Made by a program: the position numbers and the translations under genes | Notes under the pieces: generated by a model | The model's input: the letters and a program-made list of their open reading frames with translations, nothing else | What the model was told of the DNA's origin: nothing | Database searches by the model: none | Origin: Nemertoderma westbladi | Taxonomy: Eukaryota; Animalia; Xenacoelomorpha | Assembly: GCA_032718475.1 (NCBI GenBank) | Contig: JAUCBJ010007143.1 | Location: 1 to 45,667, forward strand | Direction: 5' to 3' | Length of the DNA stretch: 45,667 bases | In this document: positions 12,605 through 23,176 of the stretch, one piece after another | Layout of the letters: the number at the start of each line of letters is the position of its first letter | Numbering within the stretch: the first letter of the stretch is position 1

Positions 12605-12904
12605 TTAAATAGAACCATTTCCCTTTAGGGTGTCTACATCGTCCGTATCATGTAAATCGATAGGATGGCCGGTAGTTAAGAAGTCCATACACGTACCATT
12701 ACGATGCGTATAACGAGCGGTTAATTTTCGATAGTCCAATTCACGCGTAAGTTGCTCTTGGGACATCGGCGGTTCGATATAACGACTATCGTCCTCCGTA
12801 ATAGTCGGATCGGCTTCACCGCGTATCAAGCTATCCACAAACGCTTGTAAAGGTAGAGTATATCGCTCTCTAATACCAAGGTCATCTTCTATCAATTCCG
12901 TCAT
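12605..12904 (-). CDS. Putative acidic 99-aa accessory ORF
   Basis: ATG start, preceded by acceptor-like CTCAG/AGCAG; intact in copy 2 (22877-23176). Confidence 0.45.
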   Translation of the reverse strand: MTELIEDDLGIRERYTLPLQAFVDSLIRGEADPTITEDDSRYIEPPMSQEQLTRELDYRKLTARYTHRNGTCMDFLTTGHPIDLHDTDDVDTLKGNGSI

Positions 12905-13717
12905 ATCTGCTATCTGAGTTTATTAATATCAATATAAGTTAATATTTTAGGCAAGCGGGCGTCGCTGCCTACTAGGCTTTTGCCCCCGGACAGTGGGTTT
13001 CTCAGCGCCGATGTACCGCTGTCGCAGTGTTTGCGCCAACATGTAGCAACAGCACGACAACGATAACCGGCACAAGTCCCACCACTGTCCGTCCCAAAGG
13101 CTTGAATCCACTTGAGGTTATCTCGGTAGAGTTAGGGCTATTTTACAATTGCGATTAGCTACTGTAAACTCACTTTAGTAGTAACATTCACCTATAAACG
13201 CACAAATTCCATACAATCATTACTTACTGCACACATGCATGCCATTTGTCCGTTAGTCAGTGTCTTCCAGAATGTCACGTTATTACTATGTATCCTTGGA
13301 TACTAACAGTGCGCTATGTATACTCTTATGCTACGCAATGAGGCAAGCTTTTATTGGTCCTTTAACTTGTTTCTAATTCTAGCGTGGGTGTTGCCATGGT
13401 GACATTATGGAAAACTAGCGGTAGAATTAGGGCAATCCTCAGGCATACAGATCTGGGATGTTATTTAATAGTAATTCTTTAATTGTCAATATCCTCTTTA
13501 TGTATGATTTTATAAATTTTATCGGCTATTGACTATATGTTGGAGATTCTCACACTCTAGTACACTCAATATGAATCTCCGCTCCCAGGATCTATTAATT
13601 ACTGGAATTTTGGGAATGTTATAAATTGTACAAAATGACAATTTATGAAATTCATTTGAATATGAATTTAAATTTATTCCCGTGAATTTTATTATTTGAT
13701 ATTAAATTGACATAAAT

Positions 13718-14010
13718 TTTATTCCAGAGCATATCTGGGGACTTAGGATCCTTAATTCTATAAAATAGTCCTTCGAAGAATATCGGTAAATATTGCGATA
13801 TCTTAATTGACTAGAAATTTTAAAGGATCGGGATTTTACAGATTTTAACAAAATATTAAATTAGTATTTAGGATGGGCACCGATTTATTCCAGAACTTGT
13901 CTGGGGACGTTAACCACTGATTCTAGAATTTGTCTTTCAAGTATATCGGTGGGTGCCACGATATCTTAATCGACTAGAATTACAGATGGTCAAAAGTTTA
14001 ACAGATTTAT
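13718..14010. repeat. Degenerate ~166-bp tandem duplication within the LTR element
   Basis: TTTATTCCAGA..TCTGGGGAC..TATCGGT..CGATATCTTAAT.GACTAGAA occurs at 13718 and 13884; also present in copy 2. Confidence 0.7.
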
Positions 14011-14526
14011 TTGCGATTTACGCTACTGTTAGAGGGACATCACGCTACTATATGTATTATTTGTTATAAGGTAGAAGAGCAATATCGCACGAAGCAATGT
14101 CAGTGTGAAGAGGCAAGTCGTTTCCAAGGTCTACCCAGAGCTTGGTTTAGCCGAGACACGAGGATCTGAACTTTGCATTCCTAATACTCTGCCTACCAAT
14201 AATACTTAAATATAGTAGTGGCTTTATTGTACTTTAAGAAGTACTGACATGTCATCTTACTATAGTCTCGCATTTATAATATAATACGGACAGTAAGGAA
14301 AGAGAAAATAATTACTTCTTGCCGTCACACTAAATATATATTATAAGTAATTATGTACGTAATAAACACTAATATATTGCACTAATCTACTAACATTCTA
14401 AAATAACATTTTACTAAATAAAATTAAAGAAAACGATTATAATAAAATTACGTAATAATACATACATAAATATAAAATAAAAAACAAATATAAAATGATA
14501 TAGTCACACACCCACTCCATATGTTA

Positions 14527-17500
14527 TTATGTTATGGAGTCCCTAGATATTTGTCGGATTAGGGAAGTGGTCGTAGGAAGAGTATCTTGCCTTCCATAGT
14601 TTCCGGACAGTTTTTGGTCTCTTTCCAGTAAACATAAACGACCAGCTGGGTGATTGGGTTGTCGTGTTACTTTCTCCGCTCCCTTGGCCTGTCTAATCTC
14701 AGCCGGGTTAAGGTGGGGAGGCCATTCATCTTCTTCTTTACTTAGGGAGTCGGATCCACCTAACCAGCCTGGAGTATCTATCAGTTCTTGAGGAGTTGCT
14801 CCTCTGGAAGCGATGTCGGCTGGATTAATCGTCCCAAGGCAATGTCTCCATTGATCTACATTGGAGTTAATATCGTCATTATCTGAGGAGTATGGTGTTC
14901 CCTCAGTTGGGTCGTCCACATCACTGCTCTCCACTTCCCCCTTTACTTGGTATACCTGTTGTTGAGGTAATCTCTCTTTGAGAGTTCTACGGGAAGGGCC
15001 AGTGAAGTACCAACCTACTCTAGTTCTTACCGCATAGGTTTGTAATGGCTGCGGTTGAGCAGGCCGTTTCTCCAATGTCTCGAGCGCCTCATGCGCGTTT
15101 TGGCCGATGAGGATTTGCACTCCAGGATAATCGGTTTGGAATCGAGGTATCTCAAGATGTTGGATGCACTCGTCCTCGTCCCAGTTATAAAGGTCTGCTT
15201 GGGTAGTAGCGAAGTTCTTTATAGCCACCATTTTTACTGACCTTATACTTTGTGCTCCTAATTTATCCTGGGGGGTGGACAACTCACCTACATAGTAATC
15301 TGCCGTTAGGGTAGATTTCCAAACCTGCATAATTCCTGACATATTCAATTTAGTCCGGAACTTGGGTTGTCCAGCAAAGATATCTTCGGCTAGTTCTTGA
15401 TCGATGAATGTTCCTGTGCTGCCGGAGTCAAGTAGGGCGTTCACTATGTAACTCTTGTTGAGACCATGAACTCTCACTTGCACTACAGGAAATTCTCTTA
15501 TTCCTATGTTGGAAGTTGGAACTTTCCAAGATGGTTGTTTGTCAAAAGGAGTTGGAGTAAACTCGTCAGTGTCCTTTTCATACGTAAGTGCTCGATACAC
15601 TGTGGTATTTATTAGATAACAGGATTCGTTGGCATCGGAGAATTCGTCTGTATAGAATCCTTCCCACTCAGAACCTTGGTCAGTGTCGTTCACATCACTG
15701 AATTGGACATGTAGTTCGGGCTCACTTACCTGACTCGGGTTGTCTCGTTCGAACTCACTGTGTAACAAGATGTGATGTTTCGCGCCACACTTTGCACACT
15801 TTACGTCGGAGTAACAGGTTCGCCGTTGGTGTCCTGATCTGAGGCAATTATAGCATAACCGCTTATTCCACAGGACTGTACGTCTGTCTGCCATGGATTT
15901 CTTTAGGAATTCTGCACACGCACTCAAACGGTGGGGCCCGTCGCACAGCGCACATTTTGGTTTGATGTTACTCACCTTAACTTGGTTAACGTTCTGCACT
16001 CTCGTTCTTTCTTCGGGCTTTCTTCCGTGAATTCTCTTAGGAGACGTAGGAGGAGTTGTTGTTACCTGTTCTCTCCTGTCACTGGTTCGAGACTTGTATT
16101 TACTTACGTCTTTATAGGTCTTGTTGTCATAGTAAGATCGTTCGGTGTCTTTCCAGCTGTCCTCTTCTTGAGAAGCTTGGCTTTCGCCGTCGTCAGTATA
16201 ACACACTGGTATTATCCTTCTCCTAGAAACGGGTTTCTCACTTACCTTATTTTCCGATGTTTTCTCTCTGGACTGCCTTATGAGTTGTAATTTTACTTCA
16301 CTATCTAAGAAGGACATGAGATCAGCCATGGTAGGGCTTCGGCGTTGTTGTTCATTCATGTACAACACTTTCTTGTCCCAGCGCGTACATACTCCACCCT
16401 TTGGTAAAGTAGAGACTACGGCTCCAATGACCATGGAACTCTGATATTCATGCGACTTACCTAACCAGTCCAGTTGTCTACAGATCTCTTGAATTTCATC
16501 GGAAAACTCTATAATCCCGCTACTAAGGAAGTGTCGGGGGGCTACTAATTTTGCATACAAATACTTAGCTATGTTATCCTTGTTACCATACCTGATGTTT
16601 AATGTATCCCAAACTTGTCTTAATCCATCTGGATGTCCAATAAACTTTAACGCCATTAACTTGGGAGGTCCTTCCAAGCACTTGATGAGGAATCTAAGTT
16701 TTTCTCCGTTAGATAGTACAGAGTTCTGTATGCTATCTTTGTAATATTCGTTGAAAGGTAACCATTTCATCTCATCTCCATTGAATTTGACGATCTCTCC
16801 CACTTTGACCGCTTGGCGGGCTTCTGTTCTAGCCATCTGACGCGTAAAGCTTTCTTGGGCCATCGTGTTATTTAATATCGAATTATCGGTATATAAATTT
16901 CTCGGATCATTATCAGGTCTATAGGGAATATCATTAATAACAGGTCTATAATCACCCTTAATAGGGTTTGCTATAGGGGTTTCAACTTCACTAGCAGTAT
17001 AGATGCGTGTAGGCTCCACACCTTGCGCATGTAATACTTCAGACCTAACGGGTTGACACAATGTTACAGGGGGCATTGGTATGCCTTTTTGTATATTGAC
17101 TAATTTGTCGCGTTCTAGCGCGATACTTTGCTGCACTTCTTGCAACTCTGCTCTACCTTCCCTCACTGTTCCCTTAAGTTGGTGGACAGTCTCCTGCATC
17201 TGTCCTAGCAGGAGATTCATCCCCCGCCGTCCCTCTTCCACCCACTCAACCGCCGAAGCAGGAGTCGCCAACATAGTAGCGGGCTGACGCGGGACGACGG
17301 GAGACAAATTATTGATTTCTCTCTCTGCTATCTGGACAGGGGTATTTGCATGGACTGTTCCACCGGGTACAGGCAGTGTAGTGCTATGTAAAGGGAATTT
17401 AGAGTTAAGCTCTGGAAGTGTAGGGGTCTCTAGCACAGAAGTGACTTTGGGAACTACAGGCCTAATTATTTCAGGTTCATCGACTATAGTAGGGAGTCTT

Positions 17501-18669
17501 TTGACCTGGATAAATTGTTCTATGGGTTCTGCACTACCTAAATCTGTGCTAGTTAGCTGTCTTTTAACAGCTGGGGGCAAATCAGGCAATTTACGACGGT
17601 AATATGTTTTTCTACGCCTACTTAGATGAGATCTATCTCCTCCGCCTTCAGGGTCGGTAGTATCGCCTTCTTCCGATGATGTGTACCCCTGGCGCTTGGG
17701 AGTGGATTTTCTCATCATCTGCATTTGATTAGCAGTAAACTGTTTATTTATACTGTCTTGTGTCTCTTGCAGATTTTCCAACTCCAGTTGGGTAGTCTGC
17801 TCAGAGGCTCTCCGTTCTGCTTCGGCCACTGCCCTTTCCGCCTTTGCTTCTGCCGCCGCTGCCCTTCCTTTTGCTTCTGCTTCTGCCGCTGCTGCCCTTG
17901 CTGCTATTCTTTCTGCTTCTGCATCTGCCATAGCCGCCGCCATAGCCGCTGCCTTTTGTTCCTCTATCCTTCTTTTCTTTATTTGTTCTTCTTGGACTCT
18001 AACGAGGCGGAGTTTTTCATCACATTCAGCTTGGTTTGCAGCTAACATTTCAGCATCGAGTGCGTCCAACACAAGCTTGGTTCCTTCACTATTAGGGCGA
18101 AGTCCAGACAGTCGTCTCCTCAACTCTTCGTCTCCTATGAATCGCTGATAGTCTGACAGATAGATGTCAATGGCATCTCTAGTTCGCGGCTTCTCTGCTG
18201 CTGTTAATTCGCTTTCCACTTCGCTTTCCACTTCGCTTTCCACTTCGCTTTCCACTTGAGGAGAAGCAGCGTCGGTTGATTCTTCAAAGGTTGGTCGCTC
18301 ATCATAAACCGTATCCGCCATCTTCGCTCCGCGTTCGGGTCTCCGCTCAGCAGTATCCGAACAACTGGAGCCATCGGGCCGCTGAGAACTAGGTTCTGGG
18401 CTAGGAGGTTGCTGCTGTTTGATAGCTGCTTCTTGATCCCGCTTGACTTGGGCCCGAGTGCCGATGATAGACCTACGGTGTTCTACTAGTCTAGGGTCTG
18501 ACACTACTACGGTAGGGATGGCCTTTCTTACAGCAGGAGGTGACTTAGACTTTGATCTAGGATGTTCTATACTGGGATCTGGGTCACTGATCTTTTTAAG
18601 ACACTGTCTAACAGTCATTCTAACACTTTCCAAAAGACTATCCGACAGTGATTGGGTTGTGTCCGACAT
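14527..18669 (-). CDS. gag: BEL/Pao Gag-protease polyprotein with vestigial RNase H tail (no RT or integrase), 1380 aa
   Basis: DUF1759-like KFNGDEMKWLPF..LSNGEKLRFLIKCLEG; BEL triple Zn knuckle CALCDGPHRLSAC / CYNCLRSGHQRRTC / CAKCGAKHHILLH; protease ALLDSGS..ILIGQN..TRVGW; Pao RNase H-end motif WRH....NPADIASRG; long coiled-coil N-terminus. Confidence 0.93.
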   Translation of the reverse strand: MSDTTQSLSDSLLESVRMTVRQCLKKISDPDPSIEHPRSKSKSPPAVRKAIPTVVVSDPRLVEHRRSIIGTRAQVKRDQEAAIKQQQPPSPEPSSQRPDGSSCSDTAERRPERGAKMADTVYDERPTFEESTDAASPQVESEVESEVESEVESELTAAEKPRTRDAIDIYLSDYQRFIGDEELRRRLSGLRPNSEGTKLVLDALDAEMLAANQAECDEKLRLVRVQEEQIKKRRIEEQKAAAMAAAMADAEAERIAARAAAAEAEAKGRAAAAEAKAERAVAEAERRASEQTTQLELENLQETQDSINKQFTANQMQMMRKSTPKRQGYTSSEEGDTTDPEGGGDRSHLSRRRKTYYRRKLPDLPPAVKRQLTSTDLGSAEPIEQFIQVKRLPTIVDEPEIIRPVVPKVTSVLETPTLPELNSKFPLHSTTLPVPGGTVHANTPVQIAEREINNLSPVVPRQPATMLATPASAVEWVEEGRRGMNLLLGQMQETVHQLKGTVREGRAELQEVQQSIALERDKLVNIQKGIPMPPVTLCQPVRSEVLHAQGVEPTRIYTASEVETPIANPIKGDYRPVINDIPYRPDNDPRNLYTDNSILNNTMAQESFTRQMARTEARQAVKVGEIVKFNGDEMKWLPFNEYYKDSIQNSVLSNGEKLRFLIKCLEGPPKLMALKFIGHPDGLRQVWDTLNIRYGNKDNIAKYLYAKLVAPRHFLSSGIIEFSDEIQEICRQLDWLGKSHEYQSSMVIGAVVSTLPKGGVCTRWDKKVLYMNEQQRRSPTMADLMSFLDSEVKLQLIRQSREKTSENKVSEKPVSRRRIIPVCYTDDGESQASQEEDSWKDTERSYYDNKTYKDVSKYKSRTSDRREQVTTTPPTSPKRIHGRKPEERTRVQNVNQVKVSNIKPKCALCDGPHRLSACAEFLKKSMADRRTVLWNKRLCYNCLRSGHQRRTCYSDVKCAKCGAKHHILLHSEFERDNPSQVSEPELHVQFSDVNDTDQGSEWEGFYTDEFSDANESCYLINTTVYRALTYEKDTDEFTPTPFDKQPSWKVPTSNIGIREFPVVQVRVHGLNKSYIVNALLDSGSTGTFIDQELAEDIFAGQPKFRTKLNMSGIMQVWKSTLTADYYVGELSTPQDKLGAQSIRSVKMVAIKNFATTQADLYNWDEDECIQHLEIPRFQTDYPGVQILIGQNAHEALETLEKRPAQPQPLQTYAVRTRVGWYFTGPSRRTLKERLPQQQVYQVKGEVESSDVDDPTEGTPYSSDNDDINSNVDQWRHCLGTINPADIASRGATPQELIDTPGWLGGSDSLSKEEDEWPPHLNPAEIRQAKGAEKVTRQPNHPAGRLCLLERDQKLSGNYGRQDTLPTTTSLIRQISRDSIT

Positions 18670-18759
18670 GTTTGTTTACACAGTCGAATGCCTACAGCTA
18701 TAAATACAGTTAAAGCAAGTCTAGTAATTCAGTATCACTGCTAGCCTAATAATTAATTA

Positions 18760-19065
18760 CCGATACTGCTACTTAATATAGCGGGATATATATATATTAT
18801 ATCAGAATACCGGTATGCTTATAGTATATATAAGTATTATTACAGACTAGATTTGCCACAGAGTACCGGTGTATAAATTTAGCACAAATATATATAAATA
18901 TATAAATATATAATAGGCCTATCGTGGATACCGGTATACAGCTTACACTTATAATATATATAAAGTATAACTATGAACTAAAATTAATTACAGAATACCG
19001 GTATGATTTCAGCTCAAATTTATAGAAATAAATATAATAAGCCTATGGTAAATACCGGTATGTCA
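18760..19065. repeat. Degenerate ~60-bp repeats centred on TACCGGT in the element 5' UTR
   Basis: TACCGGT cores near 18808, 18864, 18929, 18996 and 19053, separated by TA-rich spacers. Confidence 0.6.
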
Positions 19066-20566
19066 ATTATTTTAGAATAATTGAATTTCTGAATATTTAG
19101 GGTTACTTGGTTACTTTAACTTACTTTGTTACCGTTATTTAAGCAGTAGTCCAACTGATTTTGAGACCTAGTTGTTGTATGGCAGGCCTACTACTTATAA
19201 ATCGTTTGAGTTGATTTATAATAGATATATACCCGTTTAAATGGGTTTTTTGTCAATATTTGAAATAAATGTTATTATTTCTGGGGGAATCACTACACAG
19301 AAGCTGTACGCTGTCAGTGAAGTGTTACTTATTGAGACACTAAAACTGATAATTCTAATTTACCTAAGTTACTTAATACTACGAATTACTTACGATATGG
19401 TTGAGATTAATTCTCTAATTAAACACAACAAAAATATTACGTACGAAATTTTTAGGGTAATTTTACAGGAAGTCTACAAACCAGCCTAACAAAGGGTTAG
19501 ATTTCTGGTTATTATCAACGGACAGGGTACTACGGTATTTAAATAATAAGTAGTAGTAAATATATTGTACTGTCCAGATAGGAAAATACCACCGCCTGAC
19601 GACCTATAACCGTATCGCTATAGGTACTACGTTATGTATCACGGATTGTTCCTACCCAGAAGCTAATAGAGCTAACGAATGTGCCTATCAACCACTTTAC
19701 AACACAAATATACTGCCTACACTAATTACTTCGGAAAGCACTGTACACTAAACCCTAAATTAGGTACAAGTACCGGTATAACAAATAATCAGTAGTTAAA
19801 TATACTTGAACCGTTAAAAGAACCACGGCATCTGCTGGAGTGACTGAAGCACAAAGTCGTCAGTCTTTACCTACGCCTAGCAGCCCTGATGTAGTACCGG
19901 GGTTAGTTTAACTATAACGGTATGTATAACAAGCACAATTACTGTAGGAATAAACTTGGGGACATGAATGTTGCGAATAATCGCATAAACTCTGAATAAT
20001 AAATATTACGCTACCCGTACAGAATACTCAAACAAATACAAACCAAACGCTGGCAGACTACCACTAAGCCTAAATAAACTACTGTATGTGCAGATTCTGA
20101 AACTGTTAGTTAGTATGCGTTCTAACACGGTAGTACGACTTACTCTTTAAGAGGGGATTGACCTTACCGCTTATGGCTGCCCCAACTTACTAACCGCACT
20201 TTATCAGACAAACTCTACACACGCCGTAATCTCTCCAAACTCAACAACAGTCAGACAGCAGCTCAGCCTACAATTATCTGAACAATCTGAGCAGGGTCAC
20301 ACGCCTTCTGCTCAATATTAGCCTACTAGTAAATAAAACTGACAGAAATAGACCTAAGTAAAATCCCAATAAAAACCAGGCGTCCCCGATTTAATATCGA
20401 GACCTACCGGTATACAATAATCAAAATCGAATAATACTAAATGTACTTGTACAGCAGTACCGGTACCGGTGATGACAGTTAGGCCTACTGACCTACAGAA
20501 GCACCGGTTCAGTTTTACCAGTCACTACGGTATTTTGCAACCCTATTGCCTACTGCAATAAGATTA

Positions 20567-20575
20567 GAACTGTTA
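20567..20575 (-). promoter_or_regulatory. Non-canonical primer-binding-site position
   Basis: The minus strand after the LTR end reads G-TAACAGTTC-TAATC with no TGG; it is complementary to LTR sequence 20868-20876. Confidence 0.5.
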
Positions 20576-20576
20576 C

Positions 20577-21434
20577 TGTTCGCGCTTTTGAAGACCTTTA
20601 GCAGTTTAACCTGCCAAAATTTATATGTCTTTTAGTTAATTAACACACCTTTAGCATACGACAATATTTTATGCTAATAAACAAAACATTAGCCGAAGCC
20701 AGCCCATGCGCGATCATTCACCCGATGGATCTACACCCGGGGGAGGCTGAATTCGGATGCTTAGATTTTATTATTGCAGTGTAAGGTTGCAGTGTAAAAC
20801 TATTGTATTATTCGATAGATCACTAATATGTAATTTCTGACAGATATTATTAACTTTCGGGAAATATTAACAGTTCCTTTAGGACGTGGCGCTCTATCTA
20901 TTTAAACAGAGCTAGGACTTATACTAAACGCAACGATAAGGCTTATGATTAAAGTATAAGTCGCATTCTTTAGGAAATGCTTTGTTACCAGTCACATCAC
21001 ACTCACAATCATGCACACTATTCTGCCGACCGTCAGTATATTTGATCACACATAAAGAGAACAGCAATTGACTCAGGTAGTGTCTACTAAATAACATTAG
21101 ATTCAATACACACCACATTGATATAAATCGCAATTGTTATATATAGCCCGCCTCTCTAACCTGTAGTGTATCAAGAAAATTGGGAATTTTGGGTGATTTA
21201 TCCGTATTCTCCAAAGAGCAATATTTCCATCAACAAATAGATACAATTAATAACTGACGGTAAATAGCAGTACAAACAATATGATTAGTGCAGTTAAATT
21301 AAGTGAGGTAACACCGCCGGTAACAGTTATACTTTCTATAATCTAAGCAGTTTTACTAGAGTTCTTAGAGCCGGTGTTTCTGGCTTAGACAGCAATAACA
21401 ACAAAGTATCAAGTAAAAACAGTAAGACTGAACA
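20577..21434 (-). repeat. Shared LTR (5' LTR of copy 1 and 3' LTR of copy 2), 858 bp
   Basis: Near-identical to 10304-11162 and followed by the PPT and a second internal region. Confidence 0.9.
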
Positions 21435-21886
21435 CTCTCCTTATGATCGGCCGAAAAGCTGCACGTCGACAGGAAAAATCGCTCTGATTGGCTCAAGCCA
21501 AACAAAGAACCATGCATCCAATGGCTGTTTCCATGTCAGCAACCAGCTGTTAGATGTCGTAATATGAATCATCACGGCTAAGCTGTGAAAGGTAGTTGGT
21601 GCATTGCAGGTTTTTTGCCTTACCATGTCCGCCAAAACACGTATATAGCAGAATGACTTTTATGTCCGTTAAAACACCTGTAACGGTACCTTGCGGGCGA
21701 GGGGAATATATATACAGTTAGAGAACCTTTTTAGAGTATTCCAGCGCCTGGGGGGAAACTGGATTGCGAAGCAAAAGGGGCCAGTTATATCCCACAGAAG
21801 CTTTTACACCGCTCCCAGAAAATGGGATTTAAGTCTATAAAATATACAAAATCACAGTTTCTAAAATATAAAAATACTCTAAACAG

Positions 21887-22219
21887 TTAGTCTTTCTTGC
21901 GCGGACGGCGTTTACGCAGTTTTTTAAAGCTAGCAAGAGTCTTTTTCTCTTTGGGGCGAGCCACTTTACGAGGAGGGCTATAACTCCTGGGTGAAGGGTG
22001 CAATATGATTGCATCAGAAGGTATGGGATTGCGATCGGTATATCCGTCGGTCGAAGTACCGGGTTGATTGACATCAACGTCCGGGGAGAGGGGTCTAACG
22101 GCTTTGAGAGCTCGTTTCAAGACAGCCGCTCTTACGGGTCCTGTACGAGTGGTCTGCATGAGGGCCGTGGGTGGACCATAAGTAGTTAGAAACTTCCTTG
22201 GTTTAATGGTTCTTTCCAA
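21887..22219 (-). CDS. Copy 2 of the basic accessory ORF
   Basis: Homologous to 11615-11947 with no stops. Confidence 0.35.
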   Translation of the reverse strand: MERTIKPRKFLTTYGPPTALMQTTRTGPVRAAVLKRALKAVRPLSPDVDVNQPGTSTDGYTDRNPIPSDAIILHPSPRSYSPPRKVARPKEKKTLASFKKLRKRRPRKKD

Positions 22220-22539
22220 CTCGCGTTCGCGGGCTCGGTACTCGTAAGGCCGTCGATATACTTCCTGTAACTCGATATGCGTGATTTCTGTTCGACAGAA
22301 GCGAATAGATAAGGATGGAACGCATAAATTCCTTCGTAAGCGCGTCCAGGATAATAGCGATGGCGCGAATCACGATGTAAATCAGCGTTCGCTTCCCAAA
22401 CTCTAATGTAACGTAGTGTGATCATTTCATCTACGCTTTCCAAATCGCGATTAAAAGGGCAATCGAAACTGGCGTGTCCCTTTAGTGGACAGTGGTGACA
22501 TTGAGTCATAAATTGAGGGCAAACCGCAAAAATATGCAA
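22186..22539 (-). CDS. Copy 2 of the zinc-knuckle accessory ORF
   Basis: Homologous to 11914-12267. Confidence 0.45.
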   Translation of the reverse strand: MHIFAVCPQFMTQCHHCPLKGHASFDCPFNRDLESVDEMITLRYIRVWEANADLHRDSRHRYYPGRAYEGIYAFHPYLFASVEQKSRISSYRKYIDGLTSTEPANASWKEPLNQGSF

Positions 22540-22876
22540 ATTATTAAATCTGCAATACGCTCAATAAATTTCCATCGCCGGTTGTTCGTGGAAATAGGAA
22601 CAGCGGACGTTTGTGTCCATGGGCGTAACATGGTCTCTCGATGCGCATAACCGACAACGTTGCCGAGAAACATAGTTGGCATGGCGATAATCATACGTAG
22701 TGAGACACTGTGGACCTTGATACCATTCTAGGATGTAATCGTTGTCGCTGTTCCGAGCGCGATAGGCTGAATCTCCTCAGATTCTAGGCATATTGGTTCG
22801 TCTTCCCAGTCTGTTACGAATAGAATTTTCGTGATCTATTCTCGGTTTATCGTTACGACTCCGCTGGGTATGATAT

Positions 22877-23176
22877 TTAAATAGAACCATTTCCCTTTAG
22901 GGTGTCTACATCGTCCGTATCATGTAAATCGATAGGATGGCCGGTAGTTAAGAAGTCCATATACGTACCATTACGATGCGTATAGCGAGCGGTTAATTTT
23001 CGATAGTCCAATTCACGCGTAAGTTGCTCTTGGGACATCGGAGGTTCGATATAACGACAATCGTCCTCCGTAATAGTCGGATCGGCTTCACCGCGTATCA
23101 AGCTATCCACAAACGCTTGTAAAGGTAGAGTATATCGCTCTCTAATACCAAGGTCATCTTCTATTAATTCCGTCAT
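22877..23176 (-). CDS. Copy 2 of the 99-aa accessory ORF
   Basis: Homologous to 12605-12904. Confidence 0.45.
   Translation of the reverse strand: MTELIEDDLGIRERYTLPLQAFVDSLIRGEADPTITEDDCRYIEPPMSQEQLTRELDYRKLTARYTHRNGTYMDFLTTGHPIDLHDTDDVDTLKGNGSI

Larger units (their letters stand above)
10304..21434 (-). mobile_element. Non-autonomous BEL/Pao LTR retrotransposon, copy 1 (LTR to LTR, 11.1 kb)
   Basis: Two near-identical ~859-bp LTRs with TGTTC...GAACA termini, a PPT next to the 3' LTR, and a BEL-type Gag-protease ORF. Confidence 0.93.
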
